This document shows, piece after piece, positions 27,186 to 37,651 of a stretch of DNA of 64,000 bases. How positions within the stretch are numbered: the first letter of the stretch is position 1; every line of letters begins with the position of its first letter. The notes under the pieces were generated by a model. It did not search any database. It worked only from the letters and a program-made list of their open reading frames with translations, and was not told the DNA's origin. A program made the position numbers and the translations under genes. Source of the DNA: a virus (taxonomy: Duplodnaviria > Caudoviricetes); IMG/VR virus record IMGVR_UViG_3300033076_000375, positions 64,001 through 128,000 of that record; one strand, written 5' to 3'.

Positions 27186-27209
27186 AAGCACTCTTCGGAG
27201 TGCTTTTTT
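27186..27209 (+). terminator. Intrinsic terminator with a C(UUCG)G tetraloop
   Basis: AAGCACTC-TTCG-GAGTGCTT-TTTT, directly after the major capsid gene. Confidence 0.85.
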
Positions 27210-27218
27210 GTTGCCTGG

Positions 27219-27226
27219 CATAAATA
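27219..27226 (+). promoter_or_regulatory. Late promoter CATAAATA
   Basis: Between the capsid terminator and the 85-aa ORF. Confidence 0.6.
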
Positions 27227-27274
27227 ATAGTATGCACTTCTATATGAAGGCAAATTTTTAAAAGGAAAAACATC

Positions 27275-27532
27275 ATGGCACAAAATAATGCTAAAATTCA
27301 CGGTTTAACAGCTCCAGCAGCTTCTTTCGTAGGTAAAGACCTAATCTGGATCGCTAACGATTCTGACTTCAGCGATATCGCTGACCAAACAGCAGCTATT
27401 CAAGAAGTTCAACAAGTAGCTACAGTTATGATTATCGGTCAAGGTACTGCTGCAGGTTTAATCTTGGGCGTTGAAGGTAAAGTACCAAGCGGTTGGTCAC
27501 AAGTTGCTATCTCTGGTTTGACATTTGCTTAA
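27275..27532 (+). CDS. Small virion protein, possibly a capsid decoration protein
   Basis: Has its own late promoter, a strong RBS and its own terminator, directly after the capsid gene. Confidence 0.55.
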   Translation: MAQNNAKIHGLTAPAASFVGKDLIWIANDSDFSDIADQTAAIQEVQQVATVMIIGQGTAAGLILGVEGKVPSGWSQVAISGLTFA

Positions 27533-27552
27533 TATCTAAGATAGTAAAAAAC

Positions 27553-27577
27553 AAAGCACACTTCGGTGTGCTTTTTT
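27553..27577 (+). terminator. Intrinsic terminator with a C(UUCG)G tetraloop
   Basis: AAAGCACAC-TTCG-GTGTGCTTT-TTT. Confidence 0.85.
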
Positions 27578-27607
27578 AATGGCTGTACAGGTCTATTGTA
27601 CAACAAA

Positions 27608-27615
27608 GATAAATA
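27608..27615 (+). promoter_or_regulatory. Late promoter GATAAATA at the start of the fibre gene array
   Basis: Intergenic, upstream of the ATG at 27644. Confidence 0.6.
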
Positions 27616-27643
27616 CTAGATAAAATAATATTTGGGACCATAC

Positions 27644-28333
27644 ATGGCAGTAGATGCATTCAATTCGGTAGGCGGTTATACAGTTGGTATTCCACCTATA
27701 CCTCTTGTTAATGAAACAGGAGACATTACTGCACCATCAGCAACTGTTAATCAATTAACAGTTAATGGTGATGCATACGTAAATGGAGTAATGAATGCAG
27801 ATACATTTCGTGGTAGCTTTGAGGGAGACATTGCTGGACAAATTACTTTAACTGGTGATGACACAGAAATTGTTTTCAATAAACAAGGACAGGCTGCAAC
27901 AGACCCCAACTTAACTTTTGATTATACTGCACACAAGCTAACAGTCAACGGTGGATTTAACGCAAACGCATTCACATTAGGAATTGGTTCAAACGAATTC
28001 TCTACTGCATCTGTTATGTTTGCGATTACTACTAGTTCATCTGCTGGTCAAGTGTTACACTTTCAGCCATCAACACAAATCTGCTCAGTTGATTATACAA
28101 TCATCGCAACAGATACTACATTAAACATTCGTCAAACAAGTAAATTATTTGCTAGTGTGTTGGGAACTGAAGTTGGATATTTTGAATACGGTACTATCGA
28201 TGTGCCACAGTCAAGTCCAGGTGTTGCGGATTTTAAAGTTGAATACGTATCGGGTAATGTTGCATTGACAGTTAAACCTATGACAGCAAATAGCACGACA
28301 TACAAAATTATGGTAACAAGTTATAAAGAATAA
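27644..28333 (+). CDS. Virion fibre/appendage protein (FNSxGG N-terminal family, member 1)
   Basis: Starts MAVDAFNSVGGYTVG (ATG at 27644 preferred). Its C-terminal domain is shared with the next two genes. Confidence 0.6.
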   Translation: MAVDAFNSVGGYTVGIPPIPLVNETGDITAPSATVNQLTVNGDAYVNGVMNADTFRGSFEGDIAGQITLTGDDTEIVFNKQGQAATDPNLTFDYTAHKLTVNGGFNANAFTLGIGSNEFSTASVMFAITTSSSAGQVLHFQPSTQICSVDYTIIATDTTLNIRQTSKLFASVLGTEVGYFEYGTIDVPQSSPGVADFKVEYVSGNVALTVKPMTANSTTYKIMVTSYKE

Positions 28334-28344
28334 GGAAAAAAGAA

Positions 28345-30552
28345 ATGGCAATTAGAACCTTTAACTCGGTAGGTGGTTTTTCAGTAGGAGAGAATCCAGA
28401 AACAATCATTCTACCTAATGGTGATATCACAACTGACTTTGCTACGTTTACCTCAAACGTTGATGCGGGTAATGTTAGAACAGACCACTTGTTATATGCA
28501 AATGGTGTACCTTGGGACTTCCAAGAAGCAGCTGGTTCTGCGAATGGACAAGTTCAATACTATCTTGATGGTCAGTTTGGTGCATCAGCCAACTTCTCAT
28601 TCAACAGTACTACTAACTTATTGACGGTCACTGGTAATACTACTGTAACAAATACCTTAGCGACTGGTAACTTGCGCACAGATAATTTGCTATATGCAAA
28701 CGGTGTAGCGTGGGACTTACAAGAAGCAGCTGGTTCTGATACAGAGATTCAATTTAACACCGGTGATAACTTTGATTCAAGTTCTAACTTTACATTCAAT
28801 AAAGCCGATAACATATTAACTGTTACTGGAAACATTGAAACAGGTAATGTTCATGCTACTGGTATCGCAACTATCGACGGTAATGCATCAGTCGGTGGAA
28901 AATTAGATGTAACCGGTAACGTTACTGCACCTCGTTTTTACGGTAACTTAATCGGTAACGTTTCTGGTGGAAACTTTAACATCGGTGCAACTGACAAGAC
29001 TATTGCGTTTACTAAAGGTAGCAATTTATATTACAGTTCTAACTTGCAATTTGATTACACCTCAAATGTATTGACATTACTAGGTAACTTAGAAACATCA
29101 AATGCAACCTTAGGTAACTTAGCAACTGCTAACTTTTTTAATGGTAAATTTGATGCTACATCAAGCAGTCAGCCAAACATTCACACTGTTGGTTTACTGG
29201 ATTATCTAGATGTTGACACTACTATCACTGCTGCCACAGTTGAAACTGGTGACTTAAATGTTTCTGGAAATGTGACATCCCATTTAGTACCTAGTACTGA
29301 TAATACATACGATTTGGGTAGTTCACAGAGATACTGGCGCAATGCTTACATCGGCTCTAACGTATTCTTGAGTTCAACTGCATATTTCCGTGCAACTGGT
29401 TCTGTCATTTACACAGATGCAATGTATGCTGATAATAACATTTCTGCCGGGTCAATCACTGCACGTGGTGAAGCGTTGTTGCAAGGTGATGTAACTGTTT
29501 CAGGTAACTTAACAGTTGGTGGTACAACTACTTACATCAACGTAACTAACATGGATATCAAAGATCCATTGATTAGTCTAGGTGGTTCAGGTTCTGGTGC
29601 AAACGCAACATCATATGATGGTAAGGATCGTGGTCTAGTATTACGCAACTACAAATCAGATGGAACCGGTATACAGAATCAAGCACTTGTTTGGAGTTCA
29701 GCAAGTGAAGAATTCAGAGTGTTTGCAAACGTAACATCTATTGCGGGTGAAGTTGTTACAGGTGATGTGTATGCAAACATTCATGCAAATGTATTCAAGG
29801 GTAGTGTTCAGGGTAATATTTTAACTGCTGCACAACCTTACATTACTTCTTTGGGAACGTTAACTAACTTAACAATTAATGGTACATTGCAAGTTAACAC
29901 TCATGCAAACATTGCTTCATTAGAAGCAAGTGGTTTGCAGTACCCTACAGCAGACGGTACACAGCGTCAAGTATTAAGCACACATGGTAATGGTGCTTTG
30001 TATTTTGCAACGATTGATACATATCGTTTATCTAATGGTACAAGTAACGTTACTGTTGCAGGTCCAGGACCAGATTTCCCAGAAGATGTCGGTGGTTTAG
30101 TTTCTATCTCAGTCAAAGGTACTCCTGATGTAGTTGTTGTTGACTCAAACCAAGTTGATATTACTGGTAATTTAGTTGTATCTAATACTACGACTACTGA
30201 CAAATTAGTAGTTGCAAACAGTACTGTTGGTACTGCTATACTAACCACATCGGCTATTTCAGTTTACACACTGTTGGCATTGCCAGTATCTGATTTCAGA
30301 GCAGTTGAATACTTTATTAAAGGTGAAGATGCTACAGGTTATAAGTATAGCGTAGCGACAATCTCTGCTGTACACAATAGTGTAGATGCTGTTGAATATT
30401 CAACTTATGGTGCAGTACATGCAGGCTCTTCAACTGGTACATTTGATGTGGTATATGATACTACTGACCCTGACAATCATTTAATTAAATTGAAGGTGAC
30501 ACCGTCGTCTAGTAACTCAACTGACTGGACAGTACAATATAGAGTAATTTAA
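28345..30552 (+). CDS. Virion fibre protein (FNSxGG family, member 2)
   Basis: Starts MAIRTFNSVGGFSVG. Contains QFN..G.F.A..NFTFN and QPNITS.GTL shaft repeats plus the shared C-terminal domain. Confidence 0.65.
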   Translation: MAIRTFNSVGGFSVGENPETIILPNGDITTDFATFTSNVDAGNVRTDHLLYANGVPWDFQEAAGSANGQVQYYLDGQFGASANFSFNSTTNLLTVTGNTTVTNTLATGNLRTDNLLYANGVAWDLQEAAGSDTEIQFNTGDNFDSSSNFTFNKADNILTVTGNIETGNVHATGIATIDGNASVGGKLDVTGNVTAPRFYGNLIGNVSGGNFNIGATDKTIAFTKGSNLYYSSNLQFDYTSNVLTLLGNLETSNATLGNLATANFFNGKFDATSSSQPNIHTVGLLDYLDVDTTITAATVETGDLNVSGNVTSHLVPSTDNTYDLGSSQRYWRNAYIGSNVFLSSTAYFRATGSVIYTDAMYADNNISAGSITARGEALLQGDVTVSGNLTVGGTTTYINVTNMDIKDPLISLGGSGSGANATSYDGKDRGLVLRNYKSDGTGIQNQALVWSSASEEFRVFANVTSIAGEVVTGDVYANIHANVFKGSVQGNILTAAQPYITSLGTLTNLTINGTLQVNTHANIASLEASGLQYPTADGTQRQVLSTHGNGALYFATIDTYRLSNGTSNVTVAGPGPDFPEDVGGLVSISVKGTPDVVVVDSNQVDITGNLVVSNTTTTDKLVVANSTVGTAILTTSAISVYTLLALPVSDFRAVEYFIKGEDATGYKYSVATISAVHNSVDAVEYSTYGAVHAGSSTGTFDVVYDTTDPDNHLIKLKVTPSSSNSTDWTVQYRVI

Positions 30553-30572
30553 TCGCTATATAGGAAAACGAT

Positions 30573-31934
30573 ATGGCAATTAAAAAGTTCAACGCAATCG
30601 CAGGTATCTCAGTGGGTGATGTAATCATCCATGAGGTCATTGACGATTCTGCAAGCGTTACCGCAAACAACTTAACAGTTTCTAACATCTCTGATTTAGG
30701 TGATGTTGGGAATGTAAAAGTTGCAGGCGGTACTGCTGGATTTGTATTACAAACAGACGGCACGGGTAACCTATCTTGGACTAACCCTGCTGACGTTGGC
30801 TGCGTAGGTTTTGATACTTACGTTCAGTTTAATGACATGGGTCTGTTTGGTGCTGATGCAAATTTCACATTCAATAAAGCTACTGGTCACTTATCTGCAC
30901 CGTACTTAGACGGTACACTAACTACACATGCGCAAGCAAACATTACAAGTGTAGGAACACTAACAAGTTTGAATGTTACTGGTTTAGTAACGTTATCATC
31001 AGTTGACAATTTAAGATTACCTGGTGGCTCTGCTGGTTATGTATTGACAACAAACGGTCAAGGTGAAGTTAATTGGGAACCGTCGTCAGGTGGTACTGTA
31101 ACTGAATCTGGGTTCATTGGTATCAATAAGAACAGATTTACCGCTGATGGCTCACAAACTATATTCAATCTAACATCTGATCCTATATCAGTTGATAACG
31201 TTGTTGTTAACATTGATGGTTTGGTTCAACAAGAACCAGCATATGATTTAGTCAACGGTGCTATTGTATTTGCCGAAGCCCCTGCTGAAGGTCAGTTCAT
31301 TGAAGTAACAATGTATCATACAGTGTCAGGTTCATCTGATCCTGGTTCTGTTCCTGCAACAGAAGTCATGTATGGTTCTGGTTCTGGGTTTGCAAGTGAT
31401 GCAGACTTCACTTATAATGCAGGTACTTCTACACTAGCTGCACCAAACGTTAATGTAACAAATGGTTACTTAACAGTTGGAACTGCACCAATTGCAGTGG
31501 TCAATGGAACAGCAGGTGCATTTAACACCGGTGTATCAAATGTTAATTTGGGTCTAACTAGTAACGTTACTATTGGCTCAACCTCAGGTACAGTTACATT
31601 ACGCGGTGCTTTACAAACTAGTAAAGTTACTAGTAGCAATCAAACAGTTCAAGTTGATGGATTAGCAGTTTTGGATTCGTTCGTGGCTACTGATTTTAGG
31701 TCAGCTAAATATATCATAAGAGCAAGTAGCGATTTAGGGTACCAAACAATAGAAGTATTGCTGGTACACGATGATGTCGATGCGTTTATTACAATTTACG
31801 GAGACATTTCAACTTCTGACTTTGATGTTGTTGAAATTACTTCTGAAATTTCAGCGGGCAACGTTGAATTGTATGCAACTTCAATCGCCGCCAACACAAC
31901 AGTAAAAATAATGGGGACTTACTTAGCCGACTAA
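30573..31934 (+). CDS. Virion fibre protein (FNSxGG family, member 3)
   Basis: Starts MAIKKFNAIAGISVG. Contains TDGTGNLSW repeats, one FTADGS module and an FRSAKYII C-terminal domain. Confidence 0.65.
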   Translation: MAIKKFNAIAGISVGDVIIHEVIDDSASVTANNLTVSNISDLGDVGNVKVAGGTAGFVLQTDGTGNLSWTNPADVGCVGFDTYVQFNDMGLFGADANFTFNKATGHLSAPYLDGTLTTHAQANITSVGTLTSLNVTGLVTLSSVDNLRLPGGSAGYVLTTNGQGEVNWEPSSGGTVTESGFIGINKNRFTADGSQTIFNLTSDPISVDNVVVNIDGLVQQEPAYDLVNGAIVFAEAPAEGQFIEVTMYHTVSGSSDPGSVPATEVMYGSGSGFASDADFTYNAGTSTLAAPNVNVTNGYLTVGTAPIAVVNGTAGAFNTGVSNVNLGLTSNVTIGSTSGTVTLRGALQTSKVTSSNQTVQVDGLAVLDSFVATDFRSAKYIIRASSDLGYQTIEVLLVHDDVDAFITIYGDISTSDFDVVEITSEISAGNVELYATSIAANTTVKIMGTYLAD

Positions 31935-31948
31935 GCAAGTATAAACAA

Positions 31949-32527
31949 ATGGTAACAAAAAAGTTTAGTTCACGCAGTGGTATTAAAACAGGCAACGTAG
32001 TCTTAGACTCCGCTACCAGTAGTATCAGTGCAGTAAACCTCACACTAACTGGTAAAGTGTCGGCAGTTGAATTAGCTACTGAAAAAGTATCGTCTAACTT
32101 AATCCCCAAAACAACTAACACATTTGATATCGGTGAAGCTACTAAAAAGTTTAAAGACTTATACTTAGCTGGCAACATTAACATCGGTACACAGACTATC
32201 TCTCCTACTGCTAATGGTATCAGTATAACAGGTAATTTAGAAGTTATCACAGCAAATGTGACTACGTTAAATGCAGAAACAGTCAATACAACTAGCCTAA
32301 ATACTGACGTAGCAACGGTTAATACTCAATTGGTCATAAATAGTACTATAGATGCTACTTCCACGGATACAGGCTCTATCGTAACAGCAGGCGGCGTCGG
32401 CATTATGAAAGATTTGTATGTAGGTGGTTCGATTCATTTAGCGAACGGTCTCGGTGGGACTGGTTCAAAAGGTGCAATCAACTACAATGACGGTGTAGAT
32501 AGTATCGATTTTAATTTTAACGGATAA
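31949..32527 (+). CDS. Short fibre segment protein
   Basis: Starts MVTKKFSSRSGIKTG, contains ATSTDTGSIVTAGGVGI and ends SIDFNFNG. Confidence 0.6.
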   Translation: MVTKKFSSRSGIKTGNVVLDSATSSISAVNLTLTGKVSAVELATEKVSSNLIPKTTNTFDIGEATKKFKDLYLAGNINIGTQTISPTANGISITGNLEVITANVTTLNAETVNTTSLNTDVATVNTQLVINSTIDATSTDTGSIVTAGGVGIMKDLYVGGSIHLANGLGGTGSKGAINYNDGVDSIDFNFNG

Positions 32528-32532
32528 AATTT

Positions 32533-33384
32533 ATGACAAGTACAATTGGTGCAAGACTAGTTAATGATGGTACGCTAATCACAGCAGGGGAGTTTGATGA
32601 AACTCTCCAGACCACTCATTCTATCAAAGCTACCGGAGTCTTTGCTGAAGAATTTGATGAGGTTACATTACCTGCAGGTTTACCTTCAGGTGGTTCTATT
32701 CAATTCAACGGAACAACTCAGTATCTAACGATATTGGGTGATATTGACTTTGGTTTCGGGACAGATGATTTTACAATCGAAGGATGGTTCTTCTTACGTA
32801 GCACAGCCCACATGCGTCTATGGTATTTCCCAGGTGGAGATACACTAGAAGTTAATGATGGCGTTCTTTACTACTGGGATGGTACTGACCAAAATGGTGT
32901 ACAAACATCAGGTCCAAGTGCGATTCCTCAACAACAGTGGTTTCATATCGCATTAGAAAAACATAATGGAACAGTTGATGTGTATATTAATGGTCAATCA
33001 CATATAACTGACTTAACTCCATATTCAGGTACAAACAGTCGTGCTATGGCAATTGGTGCAGACTTAGACGGTAACAACCCATTGTATGGATATGTTACTA
33101 ACATTAGAGTTGTCAAGGGTGTTGCAGTTTATCGCGGTGAATTCAATATGCCTATCGAATCTTTATCTGATACACAAAATACTGTATTGTTGTTGAAAGT
33201 TGCGAACCAAACAGATATGTTACTGGACTCATCATCAACTAACAAACAGATAACCAATAACGGTAATGCACCGTTTAATTCAATTACTCCATTGACTACA
33301 ACATACAATGGCGCAATGAAACAACTAAAGTCAGGAACTTTGCAAGTAGCAAATATCATTGACGAAGTAACAACTATAAGTTAA
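32533..33384 (+). CDS. Connector-type protein with an inserted LamG/concanavalin A-like domain
   Basis: LamG motifs (FGTDDFTIEGWF, WFHIAL, YING, GYVTNIRVVKG). The flanking segments are homologous to ORF 37652. Confidence 0.65.
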   Translation: MTSTIGARLVNDGTLITAGEFDETLQTTHSIKATGVFAEEFDEVTLPAGLPSGGSIQFNGTTQYLTILGDIDFGFGTDDFTIEGWFFLRSTAHMRLWYFPGGDTLEVNDGVLYYWDGTDQNGVQTSGPSAIPQQQWFHIALEKHNGTVDVYINGQSHITDLTPYSGTNSRAMAIGADLDGNNPLYGYVTNIRVVKGVAVYRGEFNMPIESLSDTQNTVLLLKVANQTDMLLDSSSTNKQITNNGNAPFNSITPLTTTYNGAMKQLKSGTLQVANIIDEVTTIS

Positions 33385-33418
33385 TACATTATAGAAAAAC
33401 CAAAAGGAAATATAAAAA

Positions 33419-36400
33419 ATGGCAAAGTTAAAAGACTCTAGAGTTTACGGTAATCTCGACATTGATAGTGTATTAACCGTTTCAAGCGACACAACTATCA
33501 ACGGTAACCTAACAGTTACTGGTAATACTATCTACTCTTATGTAGATACTATGAAGATTACTGACCCAATCTTAGAGATGGGTGGTGCAGATGCTGGCGC
33601 ACTATCAAGTGATGACAACAAAGACCGCGGTTCATTGTTGCATTATTATGACGGTGGCGTAGTTGATGCGTTCATGGGCTGGGACAACTCAGCAAGCGAA
33701 TTCGCATTAGGTAGCAACGTATCTGTAACTAACGAAGTAGTCACATTCAATACATATGGTAACTTACGTGTTGGCACTATCTTTGGTAGCGGCGCAGGCT
33801 TAACAGCTATCCCTGGTAGCAACGTAACTGGTACAGTCGCATATGCGAACTTCTCATCATATGCAGGCATTGTTACAGCAAGCGCACAACCAAACATCAC
33901 ATCTGTTGGTACATTAGTTGATTTAGATGTCACTGGTGCTGCTAATATCGGCGGCGCATTAGATGTCACGGGTGGCGCAACAGTCGGTGGTGACTTAGGT
34001 GTCGATGGTAATGCTACTGTCTCTGGTAACTTGACTGTTACCGGTACAATCTACGCTAACGTTGCAGGTTCATTGACAGCTCCTGGTACAACTACTCAAG
34101 TATTGTTTAACGATGCAGGCGCAGTTAATGCTGTTGCTGGTTTCACGTTCAACAAAACAACACACTCTCTAACATTGAGCGGTGACGTAACTGGTGATAC
34201 AATCATCGGTAACTTGTTCTCAGGTAATGGTGCTAATTTATCTAGCATCACTGGTTCAAATGTAACTGGTTATGTAGCTAACGCAACTCATGCAAACATT
34301 GCTGATGCTGCTAACGTTGCTTATTCAGTTGACGGTGCAAACGTTGCTGGCGAAGTCGATGTAGCAAACACAGTTTCAAATCCAGCTCAAGGTAATATTA
34401 CTTCAGTTGGTTCATTGACATCACTTACTGTTGTTGGTAACATCTCTGGACAAAACAATCTAGCAATTACACACAATGCCACATTCGGCGGTAATATTAC
34501 TGTTACAGGTGATGTAAGCGGTGCAAATGGCACATTCTCTGGTACACTAGATGTTACAGGTAATGCAACTGCTGATAACATTAGCACTGGTATCGTTGAT
34601 GCTACAGGTAATGTCAATGGAGCTAACTTCAACACAACTGGTACTGCTAACATTGGCAACTTGAAGATTGCAGGTACTACAGAAGGTAACTTAGTTCCAT
34701 CTTCTAACGTTGCATACAACTTGGGTAACTTGACAAACCGTTGGAATGACTTGTATCTAAGTGGTAACACAATTTATTTGGGTGACCAAACAATCGAAGC
34801 TAACGCATCATCATTGTTCACAAGTGCTGACTTGGCTGCTAATAACATTACAGCAACAGCAAACGTTAACGGTGGCAATGTTATCGCTACAAACTTAGTT
34901 AAAGGTGCTACATTAGAAGGTACTTTAACGGTTAACTCAAATGCACAACCTAACATCACTTCTGTTGGTACTCTAGTATCATTGGATGTTACTGGTAACG
35001 TGTCTGCTGGTAATATTAAGACGGACCACTTGCTATATGCAAACGGTACACCTTGGGACTTACAACAAGCTGCTGGTTCTACTGGTCAATTACAATTTAA
35101 TGATGGAAATGATTTTGCTGCAAGCGCAAACTTGACATACAGTGATACTGGTGCAGGTACATTAACCGCTGCTGGTAATATCGCTGCTGCTAAGTTGTCA
35201 TCTACTGGTGACACTACAGTTGGTGCTGACCTTTCAGTTACAGGTAATGCGTCTGTAACCGGTGACATTACTGGTGCTTCTATCGACATTTCTGGTACAG
35301 CTACTTCAGGTAATGTATCAACTACAAACGTAACTGCTTCTGGTAACGTAACTGTTACAGGTAATGTATCAGCTACTAATGTTGTTACAAATGATGTTGT
35401 TGCATCATCTGGTGATTTGACTCTAAGCGGTCAAGGTTCTGACGCAAACGTTGTTCTAGCTCCAACAGGCACAGGTACAATTTCTGCTTCTAGTAAGCGC
35501 ATCACTAACGTAGCTACTCCAACTGCTGATTCTGATGCAACAACAAAAGCGTATGTTGATTCTGTTGCACAAGGTTTGTCAGTTAAGAATTCTGTACACT
35601 TAGCAACAACACAAGCTCTAGCTGCAACATACAATAATGGTACAGACGGAGTAGGAGCTACATTGACAAGTGCAATGGCAGTTGCGTTGACTATTGATAA
35701 TCATAATGTTGATGTTGGTGACCGTATCTTGGTTAAGGATCAAGGCACTAATCATCTATTTGAAAACGGTATTTACGAAGTAACTAATGCAGGTGCGTTG
35801 GGCACAAATTGGGTATTGACTCGTGTTGCTGACATGAACCAAGTTGCTGAAGTTTACAGTGCATTCGTTTTCGTTGATGAAGGTACAGTAAACAAAAACA
35901 CTGGTTGGGTATGTACTGCGACTGACGAAGATTTTACTACTTTGGGTACTGATGATTTAACGTTTACTCAGTTCTCTGGTGCTGGTGCATACTCTGCTGA
36001 CGGTGGCCTATCATTAAATGGTACTGTCTTCAGTGCAGTAGTTGACAACTCAACAATCGACTTAGACGGTAATGGTGCATTGCATGTTAAAAATGGTTTA
36101 ACTCTTGTTACACCAAATATTGGTGCTGCTACTGGTACAAGTTTAGACTTGACAAACGGTGCTAATGTTGGTGGTGACTTAGCAGTTACTGGTAACGTTG
36201 ATGCAAATAACTTCAACGGTACATTCTATGGTAATTTCGTAGGTACAGTTGATGCGACAGTTGGCGCTGCTGGTGCTAACACACAAATTCAATTTAACGA
36301 TGCTGGTAACATCGGTGCAAATGCTAATTTCACTTACAACAAGTCTACTGATACATTATCTGTTGGTAACATTTCAGTTGGCACTGATGTAACCGTTTCA

Positions 36401-37642
36401 GGTGATTTAACTGCAACTAACTTAACAGGTACATTACAAACTGCATCTCAAACTAACATTACTAGTGTTGGTACACTAGGTACATTAACTGTTACTGGTA
36501 CTGCAACAGTTGGCAACGTTTCTACAACCGGTTCAGTCACTGCAGGCACTCTAGCAGGTGATGGTTATCAAATTGGTAATATTACAGGTGCAAACGTTAC
36601 TGGTTATGTAGCAAATGCAGACCACGCATCATTGGCTGATACAGCAAACGTTGCATTGTCTGTCAACGGGGCAAACGTATCAGGTGACGTTTCTGGTGCA
36701 AACCACGCAAACATCGCTGACGTTGCAAATAGTGTTTCGGGTTCTAATGTAGTTGGTCAAGTTGGTAATGCATTAGTTGCAGGCACAGTTTATACTGCTG
36801 CTCAACCAAATATCACTTCCGTTGGCACATTGACTGGTTTGACTGTATCAGGTAACGTTGCTACCGGTGGCATCTTAACTGATAACTACTATTATGCAAA
36901 CGGTGCTCCGGTTGACTTCCAAACTGCTGCTGGTAATGCAGGTGAAATTCAATTCAGAGCTGCTGGTTCAAACGACTTATCAGCAAGTGCAAACTTCAAG
37001 TTCAATAGTTCAACAAACGTATTGACAGTTACGGGTAACGTATCAGTTTCTGATACATTGTCTGCTGTTGATGTTTCTGCAACCAACTTGACAGGTACAC
37101 TAACTACTGCTGCACAACCAAATATCACTTCTGTTGGTACACTAACTAGTGTAACAGTAAGCGGTGTTTCAACTTTGGGTGGAGTAGGTAACGTTAAGAT
37201 TACAGGTGGTACATCAGGTCAATATCTACAAACTGATGGTACTGGTTCATTGTCTTGGGCTACAATCAACACAAGTTTGATTGCTAATGGCACAAGTAAC
37301 GTTTCTATCCCAGCAGCAGACGGTAATGTATTCATTAACGTCGGTGCTACTGAAATTATCGAAGTTTCAGGTGTTGGTGCAAACATCACTGGTGTACTAG
37401 ATGTTTCTGGTAACGTAACTGCTAACAACATTACTGCAGCCAACGTAATCGTTGCTGAAGGTGGTATTGCTGCTAACAGTGCAATCACTGGTACAGTTAA
37501 AGTTGCTGGTGGTATGAGTGCTACAGGTAACATCTACACAGGTAAAGCTGTTGGTTTCGCTAATAACAATGGTGGAACAGACAGTGCTGCTTATATTCAA
37601 TTCAACTCTAGTGCAAATAGCTTAGACTTTATCTTCAACTAA
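33419..37642 (+). CDS. Long fibre protein (1407 aa)
   Basis: Many AQPNITSVGTL and G.NVTG repeats, a central SVHLATT..GDRILVKDQ..ENGIY fibre domain, and the ending SLDFIFN. Confidence 0.7.
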   Translation: MAKLKDSRVYGNLDIDSVLTVSSDTTINGNLTVTGNTIYSYVDTMKITDPILEMGGADAGALSSDDNKDRGSLLHYYDGGVVDAFMGWDNSASEFALGSNVSVTNEVVTFNTYGNLRVGTIFGSGAGLTAIPGSNVTGTVAYANFSSYAGIVTASAQPNITSVGTLVDLDVTGAANIGGALDVTGGATVGGDLGVDGNATVSGNLTVTGTIYANVAGSLTAPGTTTQVLFNDAGAVNAVAGFTFNKTTHSLTLSGDVTGDTIIGNLFSGNGANLSSITGSNVTGYVANATHANIADAANVAYSVDGANVAGEVDVANTVSNPAQGNITSVGSLTSLTVVGNISGQNNLAITHNATFGGNITVTGDVSGANGTFSGTLDVTGNATADNISTGIVDATGNVNGANFNTTGTANIGNLKIAGTTEGNLVPSSNVAYNLGNLTNRWNDLYLSGNTIYLGDQTIEANASSLFTSADLAANNITATANVNGGNVIATNLVKGATLEGTLTVNSNAQPNITSVGTLVSLDVTGNVSAGNIKTDHLLYANGTPWDLQQAAGSTGQLQFNDGNDFAASANLTYSDTGAGTLTAAGNIAAAKLSSTGDTTVGADLSVTGNASVTGDITGASIDISGTATSGNVSTTNVTASGNVTVTGNVSATNVVTNDVVASSGDLTLSGQGSDANVVLAPTGTGTISASSKRITNVATPTADSDATTKAYVDSVAQGLSVKNSVHLATTQALAATYNNGTDGVGATLTSAMAVALTIDNHNVDVGDRILVKDQGTNHLFENGIYEVTNAGALGTNWVLTRVADMNQVAEVYSAFVFVDEGTVNKNTGWVCTATDEDFTTLGTDDLTFTQFSGAGAYSADGGLSLNGTVFSAVVDNSTIDLDGNGALHVKNGLTLVTPNIGAATGTSLDLTNGANVGGDLAVTGNVDANNFNGTFYGNFVGTVDATVGAAGANTQIQFNDAGNIGANANFTYNKSTDTLSVGNISVGTDVTVSGDLTATNLTGTLQTASQTNITSVGTLGTLTVTGTATVGNVSTTGSVTAGTLAGDGYQIGNITGANVTGYVANADHASLADTANVALSVNGANVSGDVSGANHANIADVANSVSGSNVVGQVGNALVAGTVYTAAQPNITSVGTLTGLTVSGNVATGGILTDNYYYANGAPVDFQTAAGNAGEIQFRAAGSNDLSASANFKFNSSTNVLTVTGNVSVSDTLSAVDVSATNLTGTLTTAAQPNITSVGTLTSVTVSGVSTLGGVGNVKITGGTSGQYLQTDGTGSLSWATINTSLIANGTSNVSIPAADGNVFINVGATEIIEVSGVGANITGVLDVSGNVTANNITAANVIVAEGGIAANSAITGTVKVAGGMSATGNIYTGKAVGFANNNGGTDSAAYIQFNSSANSLDFIFN

Positions 37643-37651
37643 GGAAGATAA

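Noticed and set aside
27583-27603. Twin TGTACA palindromes upstream of the fibre-array promoter
   Set aside because: The motif is short and seen in this arrangement only once, which is too little to call an operator.
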